A DNA stretch of 64,000 bases from positions 1 through 64,000 of IMG/VR virus record IMGVR_UViG_3300021960_006627; one strand, given 5' to 3'. The notes beneath the pieces were generated by a model. The model saw only the letters and a program-made list of their open reading frames with translations, had not been told where the DNA came from and searched no databases. Each line of letters opens with the position of its first letter. Position 1 is the first letter of the stretch. The translations under genes and the position numbers were made by a program. The stretch comes from a virus. Positions 49,749 to 59,147 of this stretch are shown here, piece after piece.

Positions 49749-49751
49749 CAG

Positions 49752-50432
49752 TTACCATTTCCTACATGACCAGTATCGTGCTTTTGTTCTTGGACCCGGG
49801 TTATCACAATTGTGTCTAGCACGGAATGATTTTCTACGTGCTGGATTAGATTTTTTAATACGCATATTAGGATCACCAAAATTTACTTTCTTTACATTTT
49901 TAGTCTTTGGATCTCTGACATATACCTTAAACTTTTTAACATCACCCTGCATGGGTTTGCCAAGTTTAACCTTGCGTCCTCTGTATTCTGCTTCATCTAC
50001 AATATCTTCGTGCCAAGGTAAGAAACCATAATACTCGTAGAACTCCTCACCTTCAAATGTTTGTTCGTCGGATTCGTCTGCGCTTTCCCCTTGCGAGTAT
50101 TTGTTATCGGAATTCTTGATAATATCCATAGCATCGTCAAATGCAGCATCCATTGCTGCTTCGTGATCCGGACCATCGGATTGGACAACAGCAGTTGCTA
50201 GTTCGTCGTCTAGTTTATTGTTGCCGTCGCCTTCTGCTTCACCTCTTAGCGAGTTAGGATCAACTTCAGCATAGTAACCATGCTCATCGCTTTGCTTAAT
50301 TTGTGCTTTGTAGTATAGTGTTCCGAAGCCTGTTTCACCATCATCACCAGTAAATTCAAATTCAGTCTCACCCTCCATTTCCTTGGGCATGAAACCTTCT
50401 AATAGTTGTAGTTTGTCCAATAGATCTCGCAT
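49752..50432 (-). CDS. Modular protein: acidic N-terminal half plus basic C-terminal module
   Basis: VDE-AEYRGRKVKLGKP...NFGD...RRKSFRARHNC...ARYWSC; TAAATA at 50461-50466. Confidence 0.6.
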   Translation of the reverse strand: MRDLLDKLQLLEGFMPKEMEGETEFEFTGDDGETGFGTLYYKAQIKQSDEHGYYAEVDPNSLRGEAEGDGNNKLDDELATAVVQSDGPDHEAAMDAAFDDAMDIIKNSDNKYSQGESADESDEQTFEGEEFYEYYGFLPWHEDIVDEAEYRGRKVKLGKPMQGDVKKFKVYVRDPKTKNVKKVNFGDPNMRIKKSNPARRKSFRARHNCDNPGPRTKARYWSCRKW

Positions 50433-50481
50433 AGCATAATCCCTTTATAGATTTATACTGTATTTAGCGCAGAATGTAAAG

Positions 50482-50835
50482 TTAATAGTTATAGCGAATT
50501 TCGGTAATAGTACCGTTTTGCAGGTTATATCCTGCCCTAATCCACACAAATTTGCCAGTAAATGTGCGTGTGTATGTGCCCTGAGAGAATAAACTGCTAT
50601 CTCCACCAATTTCTGTAGATCCTATATCAACCCAGTCATTATCTCCGGGATATTGCTCGAGCGTTCCTTGAATTTTGACTGTGCCAACAAAATTATCTAA
50701 TACGTATGCAACTGTATGCACTCCATCACCATTACTATGATATCCAGCCCCCTTAGACTTTTCTCCATAGGAAAATGTGGAATCTGCTGCTACTGCATCG
50801 ATGTTTGATAATAATGTTTTAGTTTCTATAGGCAT
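50482..50835 (-). CDS. Hypothetical beta-rich (possibly structural) protein
   Basis: TAAATAcagtATG; FTGKFVWIRA. Confidence 0.55.
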   Translation of the reverse strand: MPIETKTLLSNIDAVAADSTFSYGEKSKGAGYHSNGDGVHTVAYVLDNFVGTVKIQGTLEQYPGDNDWVDIGSTEIGGDSSLFSQGTYTRTFTGKFVWIRAGYNLQNGTITEIRYNY

Positions 50836-50842
50836 ACTGTAT

Positions 50843-51526
50843 TTATCGGTTTATCACGTATTTGTGAACTCTGCCTAGTACTTCTGATGACCTTAATTTA
50901 ATCATTAGTAGTGTGGATTCACTATCAACGTATATGTATCTACGGTCCCAATTTGATTCAGTAGAAAGCAACCACTTTTTAATAGAACTAGTAAATGTAA
51001 TATTTGGTCTTTGATTATCTAACCAATTTGCTAATGCAGCCTTTTCGTCCCGTCTAACTCTATGTGGTTTGAGATATACCTTAAATTGATACTTGTCGTG
51101 TGGTAATTTCTTGCAAAAAATTTCTTTATTGCTTTCTAGCAATTGTTGTTCCTTGCCTTTTTCCGGTTGTGATCTTAATACACAAAATTGTTCGAATTCT
51201 AATCCTATTGTATTATACATAGATTTATCATTGGTGTAAAAATCTATATAATCCCCTTCTAGTCTCTTGGACCATGTCTTATTATCATATTGATTTAATA
51301 TGCCTATAAGTTTTATCCAATGATGTGAATTATCACGTAGTTCCTTAAATACTCTATCTCTCCATTTTGTTCCTTCAGAGAAGTCCTGCTGAACGCATTT
51401 GTTTAATACTTCATCCAATGAATTATATCTAAGAGATGCGCTTCCTTTTAAGTTTAACGTAATTTTATAGATGTATTTGTTATAAAACTTTTTTTTCGTT
51501 TTTTTAGGTGTCGGAAGTTTGTTCAT
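50843..51526 (-). CDS. Hypothetical protein
   Basis: ORF overlapping clpA end. Confidence 0.6.
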   Translation of the reverse strand: MNKLPTPKKTKKKFYNKYIYKITLNLKGSASLRYNSLDEVLNKCVQQDFSEGTKWRDRVFKELRDNSHHWIKLIGILNQYDNKTWSKRLEGDYIDFYTNDKSMYNTIGLEFEQFCVLRSQPEKGKEQQLLESNKEIFCKKLPHDKYQFKVYLKPHRVRRDEKAALANWLDNQRPNITFTSSIKKWLLSTESNWDRRYIYVDSESTLLMIKLRSSEVLGRVHKYVINR

Positions 51527-53861
51527 TTTCCTGCTGTTCCTTGCTTGCTTTTTCCTCTAGGGCTTTTGCTTTAAGTGCTTTCTTTTCAGCCTTTGTAAGA
51601 GGTTTAGGCATCTCTTGGATGTCAAAAACAGGTTCATTATCCGAAATGCTAATAGTAACCTTTCCGCCATTAACTAAATCGCCAAACAATACTTTTTTAC
51701 TTAAAGGTGTTTTAATCTTGTTATCGATTATTCTTGACAATGGTCTAGCACCCATCTTAGGACTATACCCTTCTTTAGATAACCAATCAATAGCATCCTG
51801 TTCTGCATTAATTAAAATATTTTTATCTTTTAATTGTGCATTTAAGTCGCTTATAAATTTCTTTACAATGCTTGACATAACACTTGATGATAATTTATTG
51901 AACTTAATAGTACCATCTAATCTGTTTCTAAATTCAGGAGTAAAGAATTTTTTAACTGCCTTCTCGTCCTCATCATCTTTTTCGAGGTCATCAAAGCCAA
52001 TTGTATTTGTTTCATTATCGGCAGCACCGAGATTTGATGTCATAATAAGAATTGTGTTTCTACCGTCAGCCTGCTTGCCGTTGCTTCCCGTAACAAATCC
52101 ATTATCCATAAATTGTAAAAGTATGTTAGATACATCTTGGTGTGCTTTTTCTATTTCATCTAATAATAGTATAGCGTTTGGACTTTCTTGCAATTTAGTA
52201 ATCAACTGTCCTGCATTTTCTTCATAACCAACGTATCCCGGAGGAGCACCAATTAATCTTGCCACCGAGTGTTTCTCTTGATATTCACTCATGTCAAAAC
52301 GTAAAAGTGTCATGCCCATTTTTTCAGCAAGTTGTTTCGCTGTTTCGGTCTTACCACAGCCTGTTGGTCCAAGGAATAAGAAACTACCGATTGGTTTATT
52401 AGGTGATTTTAATCCTGCTTGGGCAACAAATATTTTATCCAAGAGTGTTTCAACGGCACTATCCTGGCCATATACCACTGACTTCATTGAGCCTTCAAGG
52501 CCTGAAAGATTTTTACTTTCCTTCTGGGCAACAGTTTCTAAAGGCATATTAATCATCTTAGAAAGTTCGTATGTAATTTGTTCAACATCGACTATCTGTT
52601 GTACTCCTTCTTCAACTGGATCATCATTTAATTTGTATCTTGCTGATGCACAGTCTATGATATCAATAGCCTTGTCAGGTAGTTTTTTATCAGCCATGTA
52701 TTTTACTGATAACTTAACTGCCTGATCGATCGCTTCATCGGTAATGGCAACATTGTGATGATTCTCGTAATACTTTTTTAGGCCCTTGATAATTTTTACA
52801 GTAAGTTCTGCTGTAGGCTCGTCAATGGTCAATCTATGAAAACGTCTCATTAAAGCACGATCCTTTTCAAAGTACTTGCGATATTCCTCCCAGGTAGTTG
52901 AAGCAATCACTTTAAGATTTCCTTTAGCAAGAGCAGGTTTAAGCATGTTTGCTAGATCGTTTGAATTTTGACTCGCAGTTCCTGCACCACTCATCATGTG
53001 TGCTTCATCAATGAAAAGAATAATTTTTCCTTTTCTATCCAGCGCCATAAGAACCGCTTTAATTCTTTCTTCAAAATCGCCACGGTATTTTGAACCAGCA
53101 ACAAGTGCTCCGATATCCAAACTAAAAACGGAATGATCCTGAATAAACTTAGGAACTTTCTTTTCAAAAATCTTTCTTGCTAGTCCTTCTGCTATAGCGG
53201 TTTTACCCACCCCAGGATCACCAACTAATAAAACATTGGATTTATTTCTTCTAGCGAGTACTAGTTCTATGTTTTCTATTTCATCGTCACGTCCAATTAC
53301 AGGATCAATAACTTTTTGTTTTGCTTTTAAGGATAGATTATCACAGAAAGTGTTAATAATTTTATCCATTTGATCGTTTGACAATGCTGCTTCTCTTCCT
53401 TCTTCTGCAAATGGATCTTCATCACCTATGAAATGATCTTGGAAATGCTGTACAAATTTTTCTTTTGTTATACCACCTTTGGTAAGGAAGTAAAATGCAA
53501 ATGAATTCTTTTCAGATAATATGCTTATAATAACATCAGCAGTTTCCATTTGATTACGACCGCTGAATAACACTTGTGTGAAGCATCTATTTAAAACACG
53601 TTCGACGGTGTTTGTTTTTTTAGGAACAAAAATTTCTTCTGTTGTTATAATATCTTTTAGATTGTTCTTTAGATAGTGTTCAATATTTGATCTAATATAT
53701 TCAACATCAGCACCATATGCCTTTAAGCCTTCGTACGAATCTTTATCAGAAAAGATTGCAAAAGTAAGATGTTCAATTGTAATAAGTTTGTGCTTGAACT
53801 TTTTTGCTATTTCAATTGAGTCGTCAAAAATCTTTTGTAGTTGTTGGCTAGGCTCTATCAT
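51504..53861 (-). CDS. clpA: ClpA-like AAA+ unfoldase
   Basis: N-domain; GDPGVGKT/LFIDEAH; GPTGCGKT/LLLDEIEK; IGF loop (NTIGFDD); PEFRNRLD; MGARPL. Confidence 0.92.
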   Translation of the reverse strand: MIEPSQQLQKIFDDSIEIAKKFKHKLITIEHLTFAIFSDKDSYEGLKAYGADVEYIRSNIEHYLKNNLKDIITTEEIFVPKKTNTVERVLNRCFTQVLFSGRNQMETADVIISILSEKNSFAFYFLTKGGITKEKFVQHFQDHFIGDEDPFAEEGREAALSNDQMDKIINTFCDNLSLKAKQKVIDPVIGRDDEIENIELVLARRNKSNVLLVGDPGVGKTAIAEGLARKIFEKKVPKFIQDHSVFSLDIGALVAGSKYRGDFEERIKAVLMALDRKGKIILFIDEAHMMSGAGTASQNSNDLANMLKPALAKGNLKVIASTTWEEYRKYFEKDRALMRRFHRLTIDEPTAELTVKIIKGLKKYYENHHNVAITDEAIDQAVKLSVKYMADKKLPDKAIDIIDCASARYKLNDDPVEEGVQQIVDVEQITYELSKMINMPLETVAQKESKNLSGLEGSMKSVVYGQDSAVETLLDKIFVAQAGLKSPNKPIGSFLFLGPTGCGKTETAKQLAEKMGMTLLRFDMSEYQEKHSVARLIGAPPGYVGYEENAGQLITKLQESPNAILLLDEIEKAHQDVSNILLQFMDNGFVTGSNGKQADGRNTILIMTSNLGAADNETNTIGFDDLEKDDEDEKAVKKFFTPEFRNRLDGTIKFNKLSSSVMSSIVKKFISDLNAQLKDKNILINAEQDAIDWLSKEGYSPKMGARPLSRIIDNKIKTPLSKKVLFGDLVNGGKVTISISDNEPVFDIQEMPKPLTKAEKKALKAKALEEKASKEQQENEQTSDT

Positions 53862-54387
53862 TTTTTATTTTTTTCCTTAACTTATTTAATTTCTTCATTG
53901 CTAATTGTAACTTCAGTTTCCCCACTCTGTCAAGAAAAGTTACGCCATTTAGGTGATCAAACTCATGCTGAAAACATTTGGCTAGATATCCTTCAATTCT
54001 ACCTTCTTTGGTTTCGCCCTTGGCATTTTGCCATTGGCCTACTATCCATGTGGGTCTAGTAACCTTTAATAATAATCCTGGAAAACTTAAACACCCTTCG
54101 GTGTCTAATATTGTTTCTTTGCTGGCTTCTAACACTGTTGGGTTAAAAAGAGCAAATGGTTTTGGAAAGTTAGGCAAATCTTCACTACCCATTACAAAGA
54201 CACGTTTCTTGAGATCAATTTGATTAGCCGCTAACCCTATTCCTTTATGCTGGATCATAAAATTACACATGTCCCATTCTAATTTTTCAGGATCATATTT
54301 TTCCTTATCGAACTCCCAAACATCGCTGGCTTGGTTTAGTGCTTCGTGCAATCCTAATTTATAATCTATGTCTAGTTTATATTCCAT
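53848..54387 (-). CDS. def: Peptide deformylase
   Basis: GIGLAANQ, EGCLS, QHEFDHLNG. Confidence 0.95.
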   Translation of the reverse strand: MEYKLDIDYKLGLHEALNQASDVWEFDKEKYDPEKLEWDMCNFMIQHKGIGLAANQIDLKKRVFVMGSEDLPNFPKPFALFNPTVLEASKETILDTEGCLSFPGLLLKVTRPTWIVGQWQNAKGETKEGRIEGYLAKCFQHEFDHLNGVTFLDRVGKLKLQLAMKKLNKLRKKIKNDRA

Positions 54388-55225
54388 TTTTTAATTTTGC
54401 AATTATTTCTAATTGATCCTTGGTTAATTTTTTTGGTACCTGTGCCTTAATCCTAATAAGCAGATCACCATTTCTTTTTGTTCTAATGTTTGGTAATCCT
54501 TCGCTTTTACAACTTAGGACAGTATCCGGTTGTGTTCCAGCAGGAATGTTAATTTCTAAATTCTTGCCAGTGAGTGTTTTGATATTTGTTTTGCAACCTA
54601 ACATAAGATCGAAAACATTTATTTTAGACTCACATAGTATATTATCCCCGTGTCTTTCAAACACCGGGTGATTCCGAACACGGATAGTAACAATCAAATC
54701 ACCGGGCCTAAATCCAGGATGTAGATCCTCACCCATTCCTTGATATCTTATTTGTTGTCCCGACTCAATACCTTTTGGTATGTTTATCGTTATCAATTTA
54801 GTTTGACCATTCGACATCTGTAATTCCACGGCAACGTCCTTGCCCGTCATTACATCTTCCAAAAATACATCAAATGCTATATTGGTTGAATGATTTTGTC
54901 TAGGAGCTCTGTTTCTATTTCCAAACCCCATTCCCCTGAATAGGTCTTCCATATCATCAAATGCACTCCCTGCACCACCCCATCTAAAGTCAAATCCTTG
55001 GAAGCCATTTCGGAATTGATCGCCTTTTGGACCTTTATAATCGTAATTTGATTTTGTTTCGGGATTACTAAGACAATCGTATGCTTCCCTAATGTGCATG
55101 AATTTTACTTCATCACCGCCTCTGTCAGGGTGATGTTGCATGGCTAATTTTCTGTAGGCGGCCTTTATTTCAGCAGGTGATGCGTCTCTTTTTACACCTA
55201 AAGTTTCGTAATAATCTCGAGCCAT
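54377..55225 (-). CDS. dnaJ: DnaJ/CbpA-like co-chaperone (no Zn finger)
   Basis: J-domain with HPD, G/F region, C-terminal domain. Confidence 0.9.
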   Translation of the reverse strand: MARDYYETLGVKRDASPAEIKAAYRKLAMQHHPDRGGDEVKFMHIREAYDCLSNPETKSNYDYKGPKGDQFRNGFQGFDFRWGGAGSAFDDMEDLFRGMGFGNRNRAPRQNHSTNIAFDVFLEDVMTGKDVAVELQMSNGQTKLITINIPKGIESGQQIRYQGMGEDLHPGFRPGDLIVTIRVRNHPVFERHGDNILCESKINVFDLMLGCKTNIKTLTGKNLEINIPAGTQPDTVLSCKSEGLPNIRTKRNGDLLIRIKAQVPKKLTKDQLEIIAKLKNGI

Positions 55226-55264
55226 AATAAAAAGGATCCTCCTTAAGCAATCCTTTATTATTTA
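55226..55264 (-). promoter_or_regulatory. Late promoter TAAATA plus RBS-occluding hairpin
   Basis: TAAATA-ATAAAGGAT...AAGGAG-GATCCTTTTTATT-ATG. Confidence 0.55.
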
Positions 55265-55292
55265 ACTGAAATGTTAAGGGGACAAAAATTTT

Positions 55293-55622
55293 TTATTTGT
55301 CAATTTTCTTGCTGGATCCAGTATATAAACCAAACCAAGCAGCACCAGCACCAACAACAATACTAATCAAACCTGATTGTTCCATAGTTGGATTTGGAAG
55401 TTCCATATACCAAATTACACATTTGTATAACAAAATAATGTATGTTGTAATGAATACTCTTGGAAAAATTCTCCAACTATCCACTGCTCTTGCTAAATGG
55501 ATTAACTTTGCGTAAGGATTAGGACCGAGGTCCTTAACTGAAGTATCAACTTCAAGTTGAACATTTACCTTTTTAGAAACAGCATCCTTATCTGCTGGAA
55601 CTACAATTTTATCTTCTGCCAT
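55293..55622 (-). CDS. Putative holin
   Basis: Two TM helices; in lysis cassette. Confidence 0.55.
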   Translation of the reverse strand: MAEDKIVVPADKDAVSKKVNVQLEVDTSVKDLGPNPYAKLIHLARAVDSWRIFPRVFITTYIILLYKCVIWYMELPNPTMEQSGLISIVVGAGAAWFGLYTGSSKKIDK

Positions 55623-55647
55623 TTTACACGCTCCTTAATATACATAT

Positions 55648-56034
55648 TTATTCTGATTTGGCTGGGTTTTCTTCTGGCTTAACAGCGTTTTCATAATAAA
55701 CGATAATTTGTTTTTGCTGTTCAATGTAACGTCTTAGTTCAGCAAAGTTTAAAGATAAGTTTTCGTAGTCTTTTACGCTAATGGCAATGTATGCATCCGC
55801 TCCATTCTTGGCTTCAAATTCCTTAACGAATTCTTCATAGTTCTCTTTTGAGACCACATAGATCTTAACATCGTTCAATTGAACGGCTTTAGGTTGTGCA
55901 ACGATAGGAACTGTAGTTTTTACAGTATTAGTTACTATTTTTATCTGCGGTTCCGGTCTGAGCAGGCTGCACCCCGATGTTAGCATTAGGGTCAGTGATA
56001 GACTCAAGATCATCCCATAGTTTATCAGTCGCAT
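55648..56034 (-). CDS. Putative o-spanin lipoprotein
   Basis: Lipobox LTSGC; overlaps 3' end of i-spanin gene. Confidence 0.7.
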   Translation of the reverse strand: MRLINYGMILSLSLTLMLTSGCSLLRPEPQIKIVTNTVKTTVPIVAQPKAVQLNDVKIYVVSKENYEEFVKEFEAKNGADAYIAISVKDYENLSLNFAELRRYIEQQKQIIVYYENAVKPEENPAKSE

Positions 56035-56359
56035 TTTGCATCCTCTTTTCAATTAAACCTGGCTTCTTGTTAGCCAAGTGTGTTAAGTTATGTTTCTGTA
56101 GAGTAGCACGAAGTTCATCTCCATACTTCTCCGCCTTTTGTAAATCGCTTGATAACTGAAGATTGAGTTCTCCCAATCTAACAGTTTCGGCTCTTTCAAG
56201 TTTCAATGAGTTCTCGCTAGTTTCCAGCGCCACTTCCATCTTTGCTACATTGGCTCTTGCTGTTTCCAAATCACTCTGTAATTTTTTAACATAGAAAAAC
56301 CCTCCAGCGGCTGCTGTGATTACCACTAGTATGATAGCGATTCTAATTGAACTAAACAT
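55928..56359 (-). CDS. Putative i-spanin
   Basis: N-terminal TM then coiled coil; GGAGG RBS. Confidence 0.7.
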   Translation of the reverse strand: MFSSIRIAIILVVITAAAGGFFYVKKLQSDLETARANVAKMEVALETSENSLKLERAETVRLGELNLQLSSDLQKAEKYGDELRATLQKHNLTHLANKKPGLIEKRMQNATDKLWDDLESITDPNANIGVQPAQTGTADKNSN

Positions 56360-56507
56360 GGTTCCTCCAAAATTCATCTAAGGTCATAGTATCATGCCTT
56401 GCGTTTTCACACACTACTATTTCAATAGGTTGGTTGTCGCCATCTGTGAAAGTTTCTACCAACTTACCTTCGTGTTCTCTTCCGCAATTTAGACAGGCTT
56501 TACTCAT
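56352..56507 (-). CDS. Small Cys/His protein (51 aa; not in ORF track)
   Basis: MSKACLNCGREH...VVCENARH; ATGA-coupled to endolysin. Confidence 0.55.
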   Translation of the reverse strand: MSKACLNCGREHEGKLVETFTDGDNQPIEIVVCENARHDTMTLDEFWRNHV

Positions 56508-57016
56508 ACCATTGATAGTGCAAGTTCGGTAGTTTCATCAACTCTGCGAGTCCAACCTCTGCCAAATGTTTCAAAAGTTGAAAGTGATTCGTAGTATGAC
56601 TGTCGTGCTGCTTGGAAGTTCTTAATGGCATTCTCAATACCGTGTTCATCGATGTATTCACCTAACTTTCTAAGTGTGTTAGGACCAATGCCACCGTCAG
56701 CAACAGTGCCAATCATTGTCTGCAAATATTTTGCTGAACGTCCTGTTCCTGCATTGACACCAAAGTCAAATACACATAAGTCAAGACCTGCTGGAATGTC
56801 ATCGCACTTCATACGTCCCCAGTAGTTCTTTTCGTAGATCGGCGCAACGTCTTCGACAGTTAAATCTTTCATGTCCTTGGTACCACCGAAATCTTCGTAA
56901 ACTCTTTTTGTAACACCTAGGTTAGTTTCACCACCTGGATCCTTTGGATGATTTACATATCCACCTTCGTGATGTAAAATTGTTTCTAAACATTTTTGAT
57001 AGTTTTCTTTTGCCAT
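56504..57016 (-). CDS. Endolysin, glycoside hydrolase family 108
   Basis: HEGGYVNHPKDPGGETNLGVT, FDFGVNAG, DGGIGPNT, FGRGWTRR. Confidence 0.92.
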   Translation of the reverse strand: MAKENYQKCLETILHHEGGYVNHPKDPGGETNLGVTKRVYEDFGGTKDMKDLTVEDVAPIYEKNYWGRMKCDDIPAGLDLCVFDFGVNAGTGRSAKYLQTMIGTVADGGIGPNTLRKLGEYIDEHGIENAIKNFQAARQSYYESLSTFETFGRGWTRRVDETTELALSMV

Positions 57017-57019
57017 TGT

Positions 57020-57760
57020 TTATATCCTTTTTAAAACCATTGACTTTGTATCGTTGGTGAATAAGAAATTATCACCAAATTTAGTAATGTTATAGTCTCC
57101 CATAACTTTAGTTAGCCAGAAAATTTCCGCAGTAGAATTATCATCTACCTGCATATCTTCTAAGCCTTCAATAAGTTTGCTATCACCTTCTTGGACAATT
57201 TCAAACTCAACCGAAACATCAAAAGGTTTTAGAATTTTTATTTTGTTATTTTCTAAAACTAAATCGTCCATTAACGTTTTGCTAAAGAAACTTTTTACTT
57301 CATCCGTTCTGAACTTTTGCATTTTTTGTTCGTAAATTTTATTAGAACTAGGAACAATCTCTTTAAGATTTTCCTTTGTTGCTTCTCTTTTCTTCTTGTC
57401 TTTGTAATAGGTAAATTTCCAATCATCTATGTTTGCAATTTTGCTAATTCCAAAAAGCATTTCGGTTATATGATCTGCTATTTTAGAACTTCTTTCAACT
57501 TCTACAAAAATAGAATATTCACCTTCCTCATTTTCGCCTGCGCTTACATCAGCGTCAAGAACAAAAGGATATCCTTTTTCTATAAACTCCATCATGTCCT
57601 TTGCTGGGTATCTGTCTTTTGCCTGGAATGTAAGTACGCAAACATCCTTATCCTCGCCCATCTTTGAACGGAATGTATCTATTTCAAATATAGGATATAT
57701 GGTATCTTCTAAATCACCACGTCGCAAACCTTCATTTATGATCTTATTCTGGTTGCTCAT
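57020..57760 (-). CDS. Hypothetical protein
   Basis: Coupled ORF. Confidence 0.65.
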   Translation of the reverse strand: MSNQNKIINEGLRRGDLEDTIYPIFEIDTFRSKMGEDKDVCVLTFQAKDRYPAKDMMEFIEKGYPFVLDADVSAGENEEGEYSIFVEVERSSKIADHITEMLFGISKIANIDDWKFTYYKDKKKREATKENLKEIVPSSNKIYEQKMQKFRTDEVKSFFSKTLMDDLVLENNKIKILKPFDVSVEFEIVQEGDSKLIEGLEDMQVDDNSTAEIFWLTKVMGDYNITKFGDNFLFTNDTKSMVLKRI

Positions 57761-58268
57761 TTTCTGTTCCTTGTGCTGCCTGTTCAGCAGGTTCTAGTTG
57801 TGCATTTACACCTACCTGTGAAAGAATATCTTGAACTTTGTTTTTATCAAGATTAGTATAACCTCTATCGATATTCTTCATTAATCTCTTAGGCATCTTA
57901 ATTCTAACCATCCATATGTTATCGTAGTCTAACTTACCTTTTCTTGTTCCTGGTCTGATATCGTCTGGTGTTTTAATTTTTCTAACGCTGGACATAACAC
58001 TTTCAGCATATCCTACCTTGCATCCGTACTCTAACAGTCTCTTACCTCCCGCAGGCTCCGGCATCTTATCTTTTGGCCACATAAATGTGCATTCGATAAA
58101 ATATCTATCTTCCTTGGGTCCTTCGACTAATTCACCGTCTAACCAGTTGTCGAATACGTATATGTCTAATTCGTCAAATACACGCTCAAAGTCCTTAAGA
58201 AGGTTTAAACTGTTGTTTGAACCATAAATCTGTTCTATGTTTGCTATAATGTCTTTTATTTCGGCCAT
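57744..58268 (-). CDS. Hypothetical protein
   Basis: TAAATA (58284-58289) plus ATTAG-GAGA-CTAAT hairpin over RBS. Confidence 0.65.
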   Translation of the reverse strand: MAEIKDIIANIEQIYGSNNSLNLLKDFERVFDELDIYVFDNWLDGELVEGPKEDRYFIECTFMWPKDKMPEPAGGKRLLEYGCKVGYAESVMSSVRKIKTPDDIRPGTRKGKLDYDNIWMVRIKMPKRLMKNIDRGYTNLDKNKVQDILSQVGVNAQLEPAEQAAQGTENEQPE

Positions 58269-58427
58269 ATTAGTCTCCTAATGTATTTATCGTTTTTAAT
58301 ATGTTATGCTATAATTTTCCTTTTTATCTATTAAATACTTGTATGTTCGATTACGGACTTTTGACAATTTACACACCTTTAAACTCCGTTGTCGAGCACA
58401 TCTTACAAACGGAGGACATTCCTTAAT

Positions 58428-59147
58428 ATGAAGAGAAAACACAAGGCTCACGCGGCCCATAACGCAGCGTATAACAACATTGTGAATATCAATTCGCGTA
58501 AATCAAAAAGAATAGACATCATCCCAAAAAACTTCAATCAAGAAATTTACCTTAAAAAGTTAAACCAAGAGCATAATCATATATTATTTGCCATTGGTCC
58601 TGCTGGAACGGGTAAAACAATGATTGCAGTTCAATGGGCAATTAATGAGTTTAAGGACAATTTATGCGATAAGATCGTAATCACGAGACCTGCGGTATCG
58701 GTGGATGAACAACATGGATTTTTGCCAGGGGATCTAAATGAAAAGATGGCTCCATGGACTCGTCCAATATTTGACGTTTTTTCGGACAATTTCTGCCAAG
58801 CAGAGATTGAAAGACAAGTAAGGGAGGGGATAGTTGAAGTAGCACCTTTAGCATACATGCGAGGAAGAACATTTAAAAACTCTGTTATCATAGCAGATGA
58901 AATGCAAAACGCAACACCTAGTCAGATGAAAATGCTTTTAACTAGGTTAGGAGAAGGATCGAAGATGGTGGTAACCGGAGACTTGCAACAGGCAGATCGA
59001 CCTAGCAACAACGGATTACTTCAGTTCCTCGAGTTGTATAACAACTTTAGTAACCATCAGTATGTTGATATCTGTCGTTTCTCAAGACAGGATATCGAGA
59101 GACACGAAGCGGTTAAGGAAATTTTAGAAATTTACGGAGACGAGTAA
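58428..59147 (+). CDS. phoH: PhoH-like ATPase
   Basis: GPAGTGKT, GFLPG, YMRGRTF, DEMQN, LTRLG, TGDLQQ; GGAGG RBS. Confidence 0.95.
   Translation: MKRKHKAHAAHNAAYNNIVNINSRKSKRIDIIPKNFNQEIYLKKLNQEHNHILFAIGPAGTGKTMIAVQWAINEFKDNLCDKIVITRPAVSVDEQHGFLPGDLNEKMAPWTRPIFDVFSDNFCQAEIERQVREGIVEVAPLAYMRGRTFKNSVIIADEMQNATPSQMKMLLTRLGEGSKMVVTGDLQQADRPSNNGLLQFLELYNNFSNHQYVDICRFSRQDIERHEAVKEILEIYGDE

Noticed and set aside
51508-52725. Long + strand ORFs (239 and 144 aa)
   Set aside because: Antisense shadows of clpA with Ser/Leu/Phe-rich composition typical of reverse frames.
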